A model generated the notes under the pieces. It saw nothing but the letters and a program-made list of their open reading frames with translations, did not search any database and was not told the DNA's origin. Of a stretch of DNA of 64,000 nt, positions 46,554 through 58,900 are shown one piece after another (position 1 is the stretch's first letter; the number at the start of each line of letters is the position of its first letter). Position numbers and translations under genes: made by a program. The stretch lies in contig QPMI01000655.1 of the NCBI GenBank assembly GCA_004431415.1, positions 1 to 64,000 of the forward strand, in the 5' to 3' direction. Source of the DNA: Cyanophora paradoxa CCMP329 (Eukaryota; Plantae; Glaucophyta).

Positions 46554-46722
46554 GCTCGGGGCCGGGGCCCAATGTACGCAAGGGCCCAGTAAACGAAATG
46601 CACGCAATGCATTCCAGAATTCCAGGAGCAGAGGGAGCAGAATGAGGGGGTCAACGGGGAGGGGATGCGGGTTCGGGCCGGGGAGGGCGGGAGGGCGAGA
46701 CGGGTGGTACGGCGCGGGGGCT

Positions 46723-48453
46723 CTACTTGTCCTTCTCGGCTGCGGAGGCGCGGGCGCCGGCGCCGCGCGCCGAGCCGAGTTGCGAAGGGTTCATCGAGGG
46801 GTACGCTTGTCCCAGAGCCGGCATGCCCTGCGCGCGCGAGGCGTGAGGCGTCCCCTACGCGCGCGAACGGCATGCCCTGCGCGGCGCGAGGGGGCGCCCG
46901 CCGCGCGGGGCGTACCGGCGGCACGTAGACGGGGACGGGGAGGGCGGCGACGCCGTCCTCGCCTGCGCACCGGCGCGGTCAGCGGGCGGGGAGGCGGCGG
47001 CGGCGGCGGTAGCGGCGCGGGGGGTACGTGCCGACGGGGATGGCGCTGGAGGAGGAGGAGCCCTCGCCGCCCTCCGAGGGCCGGTCGGGCTTCGGGTTGC
47101 CCCACATGAGCCGCAGGCGCAGCCCCTGCGGGGCGTCAGAGGGGGCGCGGGCGGGGTCGCGGGCGGGGTGCCCGCCTTGACGATGAGGCGGCCGTTGAGC
47201 TTGTCGGCGGCGTCCTCGGCGGAGGCGCGGGTGGAGTACGTGACGAAGGCGCAGTTGTGCTTGCCCACCATCCGCACCGACTTGATGTCCCCGTACGGCG
47301 AGAAGACGTCCCTGCCCCGCCGTCGGCGGCCGCGGCTCGCGCGCTGCCGGCGTGGCGGCCCCTAGGGGGCGCACCGGATGTCGCTCTCGTAGATGCGGTC
47401 GGGGAAGACGCCGCCGACGTAGAGGGTCGTGATGGACGTGTCCTCCGGCGGCTTCAGCGGCGCCACGTTCTTCAGCGGGCCCTGATTCTTCTTCACTTCG
47501 TCCCTCCGCGCCGGGATCCCCAGGTCCGACGAGTCCGGCATCTCGTGTCTGCCCCGCCGATCAACCCGGGGCTGCGGCCGCGAGGGGCGAGCGGGATCTC
47601 GCACGGACCGGAAGGGACACTTCCCGCCCTCCTTGCACTCGCCGCGAACGAAGGCGATGCAGAGCTTGGTGCGCTTTTGATATGGGTTGGAACGCGCCAG
47701 CTTCAGGATGTCGTTGCTGACTGGGAACTTGCCGTACGGCGTGTCGCCCTCGGCCGCCTTGCGGAGCGTCAGATCTGCGCAGAAGAAGGAGACAAAAGAA
47801 GATACGCGGACCTTCTTGTCGGCGATCTGTGCAAAGTACTCGCGGTTGATGTCAGACGCCGGCATCAGCATGCCCTCGTGATTCGGCCTGTACGCGTCGC
47901 GGACGATTGTCGTGAGTCCTGCCGAGAGCCTCTTCATCAACGCGATCCTTCGAACGATACGGGACGAAGTGCACCGAACTCCAGGTCGAGCAAGCAGGTC
48001 TGGCAAACATGCTTCACTTTCGCGCAGGTCTGGCAGATCTCAGTTCGCCTGAAGCGCGCCTCCGATCCCGGCCGCCACCGGAACACTGTAAAAGGGCGAT
48101 GGCAGGCCTGCGGTAGCGGGGGTCAGCTGGGGAGCCCATGGGAACACGCATGCCGCGGGTCAGGCCCATCGAGCGCGGCGCGGACCTTGCACTCCTTGCC
48201 AAACTGGTCCTTGGCCTAAGCAGGCGCGAAGCAGGCAGGATCAGCGTGCGCCCCCGCTTCGCAGAGTGAACGCGGGATGCGGACCATGCGGACGTAGGGG
48301 TTGTCGCCGAGGCATTTCTCGCAGAGGATTGGAAACTCGCTCTGCTCCCACCCGCTTTCCTGTGCGCCGGTAAGCGATACCGCCGGGAGCGAGCCTCCCG
48401 CTCGGGCGGCGGTGGAGCGGACGGCGGCCACGAACCCTATCGATGCTGGTCAT
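46723..48453 (-). CDS. RBM22: Pre-mRNA splicing factor RBM22 (Slt11/Ecm2-Cwc2 family): Zn domain, CCCH finger, RRM; multi-exon
   Basis: [72 protein letters not shown]|[48 protein letters not shown]. Confidence 0.95.
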
Positions 48454-48856
48454 CGTGCGAGAGCAGCGGGCCTCTGCGATTCCACAGAGTGCCGCTGAGT
48501 GCCGCTCAGAGTGCGGTGGTCCCGGGTACAGCCTCACACACAGTCGGAAGGCTCATCCAGTCCAATCGACCCTTGGTGAGCTTCCCCGGCACGCGCGGCG
48601 AGGCGAGGCAAGCTCAAAGAGCGAAACCTTAGCATTGCGCAGCCTCCCTGAGGTCTCGGACCACTTGCTCGGATTTGAATCGTGTCACTCATCCGGGCCT
48701 CTGAGCGCGGCGGAAAGCGATCACAAGCGACGGCCTCGGTGCGTAGAATCTCTCGAGCTACCTTTTCACGCCCGCGCCGGCGCCGCGACCGGTTGGCCGC
48801 CTGAGCCCTCCAGCTCACCGCAGCCGTATGCGCAGTTGACGGCGCGCGCCGCGACT

Positions 48857-51182
48857 ATGGACTCGGACACAGGTGAAACAGTGTGGGAGCGTGTATCAGA
48901 GCGGTATCTGGTGAAGTCCACAAGCCGCATCCCGCTTTCGGATGATGACGCGGTGGAGTTGGAGCCGAAGAAGGAGAGTAGCCCGCTCAGGCGTCATAAG
49001 GTGGTCACAGAACAATATATTGTCGACTCCAGCCAGCTGCGCGCCTCCAGCGACTCGAATAAGTTCCGGCGCTCGCCAAACACGAAGCCAATCGACCCCC
49101 CGCACACGGTCGCGCGCACGTCGCGTTGCAGCATGGCCGACCCGGAGCCTGACTCGGCCGTATACACGCCGCAACACTCCAGGCCTCGCATTCCAGCTCC
49201 GACCAAGTCGGGTGCGCCTCTAGATCTCGGCTGCCTTCCGCACGCTCAGTTTTCTGAGTCGTTCGGGCTGCAGGCTCCAAGCTTGGCATGTCGCCGCCCG
49301 CTTCACAGACGTTTGATGCTCGCGACGAGCGACCTTTCCGGCAGCGAACAATCCCGTCCGTCGTGACGCCGCCGGTGAACGGAGCGCTCAGCGGCTCGTC
49401 TGGTCCCGAATCGCCGGAAGACGTGGGCGCCCCCGCTGCAAGCCTGGAGGATCCCGCGCGGCCGTCGGCCTTCACGACCGCCTCGCCGCTGAGGCCACGC
49501 CCCTCGGCCTCCGCCCGCGACATGGCGGTCTCGTCCTATGCGTCCCGAGTGGCGGACACACCCGAGACATCCGCGCCGCCTCCGCGCGGCGAGTTCATGT
49601 CGCCTCCGCCCGCGCGTGTCGGGCTCGGCCAGCCGATGAACGCGCCGAACACCGTCCCGCGCGCGGGGAGGGCGGACGAGTCAGCGGAGGGCTCGGCGCT
49701 CGACACGTCCGGGGTGAGCGCGGCGGACCACGCCGTCTCCCCGGGCAGGCGCTTCAAGGACTACCTGAAGAGCGGCACCAAGCAGGTGCCCCACGCCGGC
49801 CGTCCCTCACCGGCCCCGCGCTGACGGCGCCGTCTCGCGCAGCTGAAGAGCGAGCGGCTGCGGCTGTACGGCGAGATCGAGAAGCTGCGGCAGAACCTGA
49901 AGGTGTTGAAGGACGAGCGGCGACAGCAGGAGGACCCCTCGCGGCTGCCGCGGCAGCGCTCGTCGCGCGGCGGCGGCGACGAGGCCCTCGACGCCAACAC
50001 CTCACAAACGAGCACCTCCGCCTCCGACTCCCGCATCGTCTCTCGCGTCCGTTTCCGCCTGCCGGCCGCCCGCCCCGCGCGCATACCGACGCCCTCGTTC
50101 GCGCAGTCCGGCGCGTTCAACGGGCCCGCGACGGCGGCTGCTGCTGCTGCAGCTGCAGCGGCGGCTGCGGCGCTGCCGGTGACGGTGACGACGGCTGTGG
50201 CGTCGGCGGCGGCGGCGGCGGCGGCGCGGGCGGTGACGATGGCGCAGACGGTGGGGAGCAGCACGCTGCGGCACCGCGAGCGCTCCGTCGCGGAGCGCGA
50301 GATGGCGGTCGAGAAGCGCCAGATCGCCTTGCGGCAGGCCGAGGCCGTCGCCCGCGACCGCGACGCCGACGTCCGCGCCGCGGAGCAGCGGGCGACGCGC
50401 GAGCGGCTCGTCTCCGAGGAGCTCTCCGCCCGCGTCAAGAACCTTGAGGGGACCGTCGAGCGCCTCCGCGAGTGCGGCCGCGCCCGCCGCCCGGCGCCGC
50501 CGCGCCTGCGCCGACGCTGCGGGGCCAGGGAGCTGGAGGCGCGGGAGCGGGAGGTGGAGGAGCAGGGGCGGCGGCTGCGCGAGGCGCACGAGGGGGCGCG
50601 CAGCCGGGAGGCCCTCGAGCGGGCGACCGCGTGGGACGAGCGCGAGGTCGCCCTCGCCGCCCGCGAGCGCGTCGTCGCCGACCGCGAGGCGGAGGCGGCG
50701 CGGGCCGAGCAGCACGCGCGGGCCGAGGAGGCCGCCTCGCAGCAGCGCCTGCACGACCGCGAGCGCTACCTGGAGAAGCGCATGCGGAGCGTCGAGGAGG
50801 AGGAGCGGGCGCTGCTCGAGAAGCGCAAGTTCCTGGCGGGGCGCGAGGAGGCGCTCAAGGGCGGGAGGACAAGGTGCGGGGGCGGGAGACGAGCCTGGAG
50901 GAGCGGGAGCGGGCGGCGGCGGCGCTGCAGGCCTCGAGCTTCCACGACCGCCTCGCCGAGCTGGAGGCCCGCGAGACGGCCCTCCGCGTCCGCGAGCGCG
51001 AGCTCCAGGCCCGCCCCGCCCCGCCCCGCCCCGCCCCGCCCCGCCCCGCCCCTCGCCGGCGCCGGCGGCTGACGGTGCGGCAGGCGCGCTCGGCGGAGCT
51101 CGAGGGGCGGGAGGCGGCCCTCGGGGAGAAGGAGCGGCTCATGGGCAGCATGTTCAACAAGCTCCTCCACGAGCTCCACTGA
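48857..51182 (+). CDS. Hypothetical protein: disordered N-terminus and long Glu/Arg-rich coiled coil; multi-exon
   Basis: ATG 48857 MDSDTGETVWERVSERY. Later exons LKSERLRLYGEIEKLRQNLKVLKDE, LRHRERSVAEREMAVEKRQ ... LMGSMFNKLLHELH*. TGTAA at 51243. Confidence 0.65.
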
Positions 51183-51572
51183 GCCCCACGCGTGCCCCTC
51201 TCGACTGCCCCGCCCCGCTGAGTTGTTAGCTAGCCAGCAGGCTGTAAGTACGGCGCCCGGTGTGTCCCCTCGCTAAAATCGAAATCTTATCCAGATTCTA
51301 GGCCGCGTAGAAGTCCAGTTAGATAGGAGCAGCCCGTGCGACTTCGTCGTGATTGGCGTGCATGGCTTTTCCCCCTGTCCGCATCAAAATACATCGCGTA
51401 TGGTTTCGTTTGGTAATATGAACGGGGCTAGCTTTCGATCTGGCCTGCAGAGCGGGGCTAACCCCACTAAGCCTATGGTTGATCCTATCAATAAGAGAGG
51501 CGAGGGGGGCGCGGGGGCGCTGCGACGCCTCAGACGGTGACGGTGGTGGCGCCGCGGCCGCTGCTTGCGGGG

Positions 51573-53206
51573 TCAGAGGACGCCTCGGAGGAGCCTGGAG
51601 CGGCGCCGGCGGTCGCGCGCACCTGCTGACGGTGTGGCCGATGGACTCGCGGCCGGTCTGGGCGCGCATGCAGTAGATGACGCTGCGCGCCGGCGGCGCT
51701 GAGAACGCGGCCGGCCGGCTGGCATCGGCGCTGGCGGGGGCGGGGCGGGGGCGCACCTGACGACGGCGACGATGATGACAACGACGGCGACGATGGCGAC
51801 GATGAGGGCGACGATGGCGCGCTGGGACATGCCGCCGGAGGAGCTCGAGCCGGCCGGGATCGTCGAGCTCGACGTCGTCGCCGGGTACACCGACCGCGAC
51901 GCGATGCGGAAGCCGACGAGGGCGCTGGTCTCGTTGCCCGCCGGCGCCGCCGAGAGCGTCGCGAACGCGTACAGCGGCAGCTTCGACTTGTCCGTCACCG
52001 ATTGGAAGGCCGCCGGCTGCCCCGCGGCCCGTCAGCCGGCGCCCTGCGGCTGGCGCAGGGCGCCGGCGGGCGCGGACCAGGCCGGCGATGACGGTGGCCT
52101 GCGCGAGGGGCGCCGCATTCGCGTCCTTGAGGCTGAAGCTGCTCCCGCTGACCGTCACGGCCGAGGCGGGGTACAGGAACACGGTGGCGCCGGCGTCCGC
52201 GGTGCTGCTCGGCGCCGGTCAGGGCCCGCTGAGCAGGTCGGGGCGGGGCGTGCGCACAAAGTGAGGGGCCCGCAGACGTTGGGGAGGGCGCCAGCGTCGC
52301 CATAGCCGGCCTGGGGGCCGCAGACGCTGGCCACGGCGCCCTTGGCGGTGGCGGAGAGGGTCGCGTTGACGGCGCTGCTTTTCACGAGCGGGTAGACGGT
52401 CTCGTGGTAGATCGCGACCCGCACCTTCACCCTGCCCCCGCCGTCACGCGCGCTCGCGGGAGGAGCGCCGGCGAGCCCCGCGCACGTCATGTTCTTCTCG
52501 TACATGGCGGAGCAGATCCAGTAGGGCGCATCCAGGCCGGCGGTCGTGCCGTTCGTGACGTCGATGTCGATGTGCGACAGCACCGCGCTCTGCGCCGCGG
52601 CCGTCGGGCGCCGGCAGACGCTGGGCGCAGGCGGGCAGAAGGGGCCGTACAGAGAGGGCGCTGGCAGCGAGGCTGCTGTATTCGCTCTTCCAGATCTTGG
52701 TGACCTTCGCGTCGAAAACGGGCTTCGTCTCGTTCGCCGCCTTATCCTCGACCACGTTGGCCTTGGAAAAGGCACCGAAGTACACGGTGGCGTTCGGGCC
52801 GGAGGACGAAAGGTTCGGGAAAGCCACACGAAAAGTAATCCTGGCGCACGCGTCAGATGCGGCCGGTCTGCGCGTTTCGTTCTTCGCGCACTTGCAGGAT
52901 GTCGGCGGTGCCAGATCGGAAGTGCGTGCCGGGCAAATGGGCGTAAAGCACTGCAAACGGGCTGGTGTTAGGCCGGAATCGCCGCCGCTGCCCGGCGGCC
53001 GCCGTTCCGCCGGGCCGCCGCCGCCGGACGGAAGGGGCTCGGAGGAGCACCTTCCAGTTTACGAAGTTCGGCTCGCCGGTCGGAACGTAAAACTCCGCGG
53101 TTGGAGCCGTCCTCCCAAGCCCCGAAATTTGATATAGATCCGAATCAATGGACTGAGCGGCAGCAAGGCAAACCAGGCCGAGAACGAGGAGCAGTGCGCG
53201 TTTCAT
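51573..53206 (-). CDS. Type I single-pass membrane glycoprotein of unknown function; multi-exon
   Basis: Signal peptide MKRALLLVLGLVCLAAA. Cys-containing ectodomain with NxS/T sites, Ser/Thr stalk, TM AIVALIVAIVAVVVIIVAVV|SVIYC and a short tail ending RLLRGVL*. Confidence 0.75.
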
Positions 53207-53454
53207 CGTCGGCAACGAACTGAACTAACCTTCTAGCTGTAGCTGCGAATCCTGCAGCTGCACACGACCGCCTTGCCTGGCCGCAGCTCGCCACAGCCTG
53301 ACAACACTGTACCCCGCCAGGTGACAAAAGGTCACAAAACTTCCCAAAGCCGCGTACGATTGCAACGTCAGCTGCTATCAATGCGCAAGCTGGATCATGA
53401 TTAGGGATTCAACCAGGAGAAGCACCTGGCCGGCGGCTAGAACCGACGACGCCA

Positions 53455-55697
53455 CTACCGGTAGCTGTCCTCGCACGCGTCCGGATCCTCCTCGAGCTCC
53501 CCCTCGCCCTCGGGCTCGCCCTCGGCCCCGTACGCGTCGGCCTCCTCGTCGTCGCTGCTGCTGAGGACGATCGCCTCGGGGCCGGCGCGCGCGCCGCCGC
53601 CCCCCGGGCTCGAGCTCGAGCTGGCGCCGGCGCCCGGGCCGCCCTCCTCGCGCGCCTCCGCCTCGTCGGCGAGGCGGAGGCCGAACGCGACGCTGCCGTG
53701 CCGCGGGCTGTAGAAGACGTCCCGCCGCGCCTGCCCGGGGCGCCCAGTGCAGGCCACGGTCAGCCGGCGGAGTCGAGCGGGGAGGGGGCGGGCGGGGCGG
53801 GGCGCGCGAGGATGAAGGCGGCGCAGGAGACGCCGGCGGCGCGGCGGAAGGGCGTGCGGTAGCGCTTCTCGTAGGCCACGCGCAGCGCCTCGTACTCCAC
53901 CGCGCCCGCCCGTCCGCCCGCAGCTGCCCCGCCCCGCGCCCCGCCGCCCCCGTCCCCCCGCCGCCGGAGTTGCTTCCCCGGCCGCCGCCTCCTCGGCGCG
54001 GGGCTCGGGCTCCTCCGGGGCCGGGCCGAGGGAGGGTGGGTAGGCGCCCGCCTCCGCCAGGAGGAGCACGAGCTGCCGCTCCGGCCCCAGCAGCTTCCGC
54101 GGCCGCGGCGGCGGCGGCGCGCCGGCTGCCGGCTCGGGGCCGGACCGGAGCGGGGCGCGGCGAGGCGGGCGCCGAGGGCGTCGAGGACGCGACGCACGCG
54201 CGGCGGGGCGGCGGCGAGGCGGCCCCCGTCCCGCTCCGCGTTCTCCTCCCGCAGCGCCCGCGCCCGCGCCGCCTCCCGCTCCGCCCGCGCCGCCTCCCGC
54301 CGCGCGACCCGCAGCGCCTCCTCCAGGCTCCGCTGCGGGGCGGGGGCTGGGCGGGGCGGGGCGGGGCGGGGCGGGGGCGGGGGCGGCGGGGCGGACGCGG
54401 TGGAGGTGCGGGTGGAGCTCGACGAAGGCGCGCACCGCCGGCGTCGCGAGCAGCCGCCGCCCCGCCCGCCCCTCCCCTCCCCCACCCCTCCTCGGCCCGC
54501 CCCCGCCGCCCCGCCTGCGCCTCCCGCAGCTGCGCGCTCCGCCGCTTCGAGACCGCCCGCTGCTCCGCCCGGTCGGCCGCGCTCGCCGCCCCCTCCTTGA
54601 GCCGCCCCAAAAGCTCCGGCCCGTACTTCGCCTCCGCCTGGCGCCGGCCGCCTCAGAGCAGACGGGCGCGGGGGGCGCGAGGCGGGGGGGCGCCTCGGCC
54701 TGGAGGTCCTTGCAGAGGAAGAGGATGCAGGAGGAGCCGGCGGAAGCGTGCGGGATCGCCCCCATGTCCTCGTCGTTGAGGAAGTACTCCTTCTTGGCCA
54801 TCCCCTTGGACATGAGCAGGTACTCCGGCAGCCGCTCGCACTCGCGGCACAGGCGGAGGCGGTACAGCGCGTGCCGCCGGAAGGCCCGCCCGCCCTTCTC
54901 CTTCATGCACGCCGCGCAGCGGTCCCGCACCCCCTCGATGTACGTCTGCGCGCCCCGCCCCGCCGGCGCGCGTTCAGAAACGGGCGGAGCGGGGCGGGGC
55001 GGGGCGGTGCGGGGCGGGGTTTGCCTGCTTCCAGTTGCGGTGCGTGCGGCGCTTCTCGGCGCCGGCCTTGGTGCGGGCGACAGAGGCCTTCTCCGTGACG
55101 TTCAGCTCGACCGCGCACAGCTCCCGCCAAGACTCCTCGCTGCCGCACCTCGGCCTCAGCGCACCCCGAAGAAGGGGGCGACGGCCGCGCGGGGGGCGGA
55201 GCGCGCCTGTTGATGCGGGCCCGGATGGAGCGGCACGTGGCGGCGAAGGCCGGCCGCTCGTGCACGCGCAGCAGCCGCACGATATAAACGAACAGATCAA
55301 GCGGGAGCGTGTCGAAAACCGTCGACGTCCCCGTCACGAGCTCCTCGTTCTCTTCTTCCTGGAGCGCCTGCCACTGGACTGCGCTTCCAGACGCACTGGG
55401 CGACCCTGCGCTCACAGATGTTGCGCGCTTCCGCGCCCGCGTTCCTTCAGGCTGCTCCGCGCTCTTCGCGCGGCGCTTCCCGGCCTTATGTTGCGTTCCT
55501 TCCGGCTGTTCCTTGCTCTCGGCGCGGCGCTTCTTGCGCTCTGCTGGCCTTGCGACCTCCTTCGAATAGCGCTCAACTTCATCGTCGGTGTCGGGGTCGC
55601 CGTCCGGGTTCAGCGTGCGCTGAGCGGCGCGCGGTTCGGGCTGCTGCGCCGCCTCCCGGCTGCGCCGAGCGCCTGGCGACGCCGCCGCGCCAGCCAT
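53455..55697 (-). CDS. F-box protein with XPA-like zinc-binding/DNA-binding domain and acidic tail; multi-exon
   Basis: FDTLPLDLFVYIVRLLRVHERPAFAATCRSIR (F-box), EESWRELC, CAACMKE...LRLCRECERLPEYLLMSKGMAKKEYFLNDEDM (XPA-like CxxC...CxxC and helix), Lys/Arg NLS-like stretches, acidic C-terminus. Confidence 0.72.
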
Positions 55698-55904
55698 TCG
55701 AATTCGCGGCGCGCGCTGCTCTTCGTTGCGTACCCCAAACCTTTCGCCAAAAACCTCACGTTGCCCAGCATCAGACGCACGAATTTCAGAAAAGCAAATT
55801 TAACCTGAACCTGCCTCAGTATAGCTAACTACCCTAGCCTGCGTAAACGACTGCTAGCATGCTTGCCTAACAAAAGCCCCACTCCGGCCGCGGCCGCGGC
55901 GGCG

Positions 55905-58900
55905 CTACCGCCAGGTGGGCCACTTGCTGCCGCGGACGGGGGGGAGGTTGCCGGCGCGGGCGGGGTCCTTGGCGGGCCCCTTGCCCCCCGAGGCGCCCGC
56001 GTAGACGTCGACGACGTCGTCGGGCGCGACGGCGGCGCCCTTGGTGGCGGAGGACGGGCGCGGCCCGGGCCCGGGGCTCGCCGCCGAGGGCGAGCGGCCC
56101 CGCTCGAGGTCCGCCACGTCCTCCAGCGCCTGCGGGTTCTGCGCGCGCGCCCCGCCCCGCTCAGAGGCGGCGAGCGCCCGTCGAATGGAAGCGGCGCACG
56201 AGGTTGTGGGTGCCGGGCTTGCCGCGGCGGCGGAGGAAGAAGAGGAGGGCGCCGACGATGGCGGCGAGTAAAGCGAAGCCGACGACGCCGACGACGACGC
56301 CGAGCACGAGGTTCACGTTCGTCGCCGCCAGCTCCTGGTCCGCCTGCAGCGCCACCGAGGCCACGGGGAACTCGGGGCCCAGGGCCAGCCCCGCCGCGAT
56401 CGCCTGCTTCAGCGCCCGCGAGACCACCGAGTTCGACGGCTCCCCCGACGCTGCGGCGGCGCGGCTCAGCGGGGCGTGTGCGTCGGGCGGGGCGGGGGGA
56501 GGGGGCGGGCCCTGGGCCTCGGGGGAGGCCTCCTTGATCTCGACGGTGAGGATGGTGGAGCCGTTGCGCTTGTCCGCGAAGACGACCCGCTCCCCGCTGA
56601 TCCGCAGCTGCGCCGCCAGCTGCGCGGGCCCCTCTCGGCGGGAGCCTGGCGGGAGGAGGCGGGGCGGGCGGGGCGGGGCGGGGCGGACGGTGGCGCGGAG
56701 GCGGGCGGAGGCGGGGAGGTCGAAGGCGGAGAAAGGCGTCCCGAGGCGCGTCACGAAGACGATCGAGTTCGGGCTCGCCGTCCCCGGCACGTACGTGTAC
56801 CCCCCGGCCTTCACCGTCAGCCCGTACCGCTTCGACTCCAGCACTGCCGCCCCGCGTGAGGGAGCCCTCGGGAAGAGGAGGGCGTGCGGACCGATGTCGC
56901 CGGTGCCGAGGCCGGGCCCGATGCCGTCGGGGGCGCGGAAGACGACCTGGAGGGCGGTGGCGGAGACGATGGCGGCGGGGTCGACGCGGTTCGAGGCGAC
57001 GGTGAAGAGCCGCACGTCCGCCACCCCGTCCAGCAGGTTCGTCCCCAGCAGCGTCACCACGTTGCCCCCCGGCAGCGGCCCGCTCCCCGGCACCACCGAG
57101 TTGATCTTCCCGACTGCCCGCCCCTCAGCCCCGCGGGAGGCGCGGCGGGGCGGGGGCGGGGGGCGCACAGTCGTTCCAGGCCCAGGCGACGGAGTACGTG
57201 TTAGAGCCCATGCGCCAGGAGCTGAGCGTCACGTCTGCAGGCGCGTGGCGCCGCGCGAGTGAGGGGCGCCCAGCGGAGCGAAAGCGAGGGCGGGGAGCGG
57301 CCCGGGGCGGGGGGCCGGACCGTACTGGGTCTGGACGGCGAGGAGGGCCTCGGGGAGCGCCGGGACCTGCACCGTCACCTGCCCGCGGCGTCAGTCGGCC
57401 GGAGGAGGATAGCGGGAGGGCGGGCGGGCCTTGGTGCCGTCTGGGGAGACGACGTAGGGGAGGGAGAAGCGCCCGCCGATGAGCAGCAGGCCGTCCTTGT
57501 CCTCCCCCGCGGGGATGAAGTGCCGCCCCGAGATGGTGAAGGCCGAGCCGACCCGCGGCCCGTCCGTCGGCGTGATGGCGCCCCACACCACCTCTGCCGG
57601 GGGGGCCGCCTCAGGCGCGGCGCGGGGCGGGGAGGGGCGGGGCGGGGCGGGACGGGGCGGACGGCGGTCCCACTGGAAGTAGAAGCGGTTTATAGGACCG
57701 AAGCGGACGCTCTTGGTGACGACGGGGTACGGCACGCCTGGGGCCGCTGTGCCCCCGCAGGGCGGGCTGATCCACGTGAACCTGCGGCGGGGGCCTGAGC
57801 CAGGGGCTGGGGGCCGGGGCCGGGGCGGGGCGGGAGGGGGCGGACGCGGTCTCGGAGAGGACCTCGCCGCCCTCGGTCTTCACGTCGGCGATCGTCGTCG
57901 CGATGGCGCTCGGGAAGAAGTTCGCTCCCGCCACCGTGAACGTCTGGTTCCCCTCGAAGCGGCCCCGCACCAGCCCGTTCGTCGAGAGCGTCGGGTACAC
58001 GCTCTCGAAGAGGGGGTCGGGGTTCCAGGAGAAGGTGTTGTTGATGAGGAGGGGGCCCGAGCGGGAGGAGAAGACGTGGACGGGCTGGGGCTCGCGGGCG
58101 GTGGGCCCCGGGGCGAACTGGGGCATCTGGAAAACGAGGGCGCCGGCCTCGACGCGGGCGAAGAGGGAGTCCAGCGTCCCGATCTTGACGGTGACGGAGC
58201 CGTCGGGGAGGAAGCCGTCCCCCGTGATCGTGTAGAAGGCCCCCGTCACCGAGTTCGCGTCCCGGTACGGCAGCAGCGCCTCGAACGTCGCCACTGCGCC
58301 CCCGACGTGAGCCTCCAGCCCAACCGACCAGAAAGTGTGGCGCGGGGGAGGGCGGGGGCGGGGGCGGGGCGCACGGCGGTTCCACTTGAATGCGTTGGGG
58401 ACGACGAGGGTGCCGGCGCGGTACGAGGAGATGGTCACGTTGTAGAGGACCTCCACCGCCGCCCCCGCCACCGACGCCACCCCAGGCACCACCGCGTCGA
58501 TCTGCCAGCCCCGCCCGCCCCTCAGCCGCCAGCCGGCGCGCTGCTGTGGCCCGGCGCGGGGGGGAGCGCACGCGGCCGGGGTCGACGACGACGAGGCTGG
58601 AGAGGGGCGTCGGGTTGCCCGGCACGCCGATCGTCACCGTCGTCGGGTCGTCCGGCTGCCGCCGGGGTCAGGGGCGCCGTGCGCTGCGAGCGGGGGCGGG
58701 GCGGGGCGGGGCGGGGCGCGCGATGAATCCGACGCCGGAGAGGGTGATGCCGTCGCCGGCGAGGCGGACGTTGGGGAAGGGCTGCAGCGCCAGCAGCCGC
58801 AGCGGCACGTTCCAGCGGAACCCTGCGCCCCCGCGTCGCGCCGGGACGGGGGCGGCGGGGCCGGTGGGGCGCGGGGAGCGCGGGCGGACCGGAGGGGCGC

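Noticed and set aside
45420-48453. Gemin2 next to RBM22 (plus an SR protein in the window) as a splicing gene cluster
   Set aside because: Convergent orientation with no shared promoter; chance adjacency is likely at this gene density.
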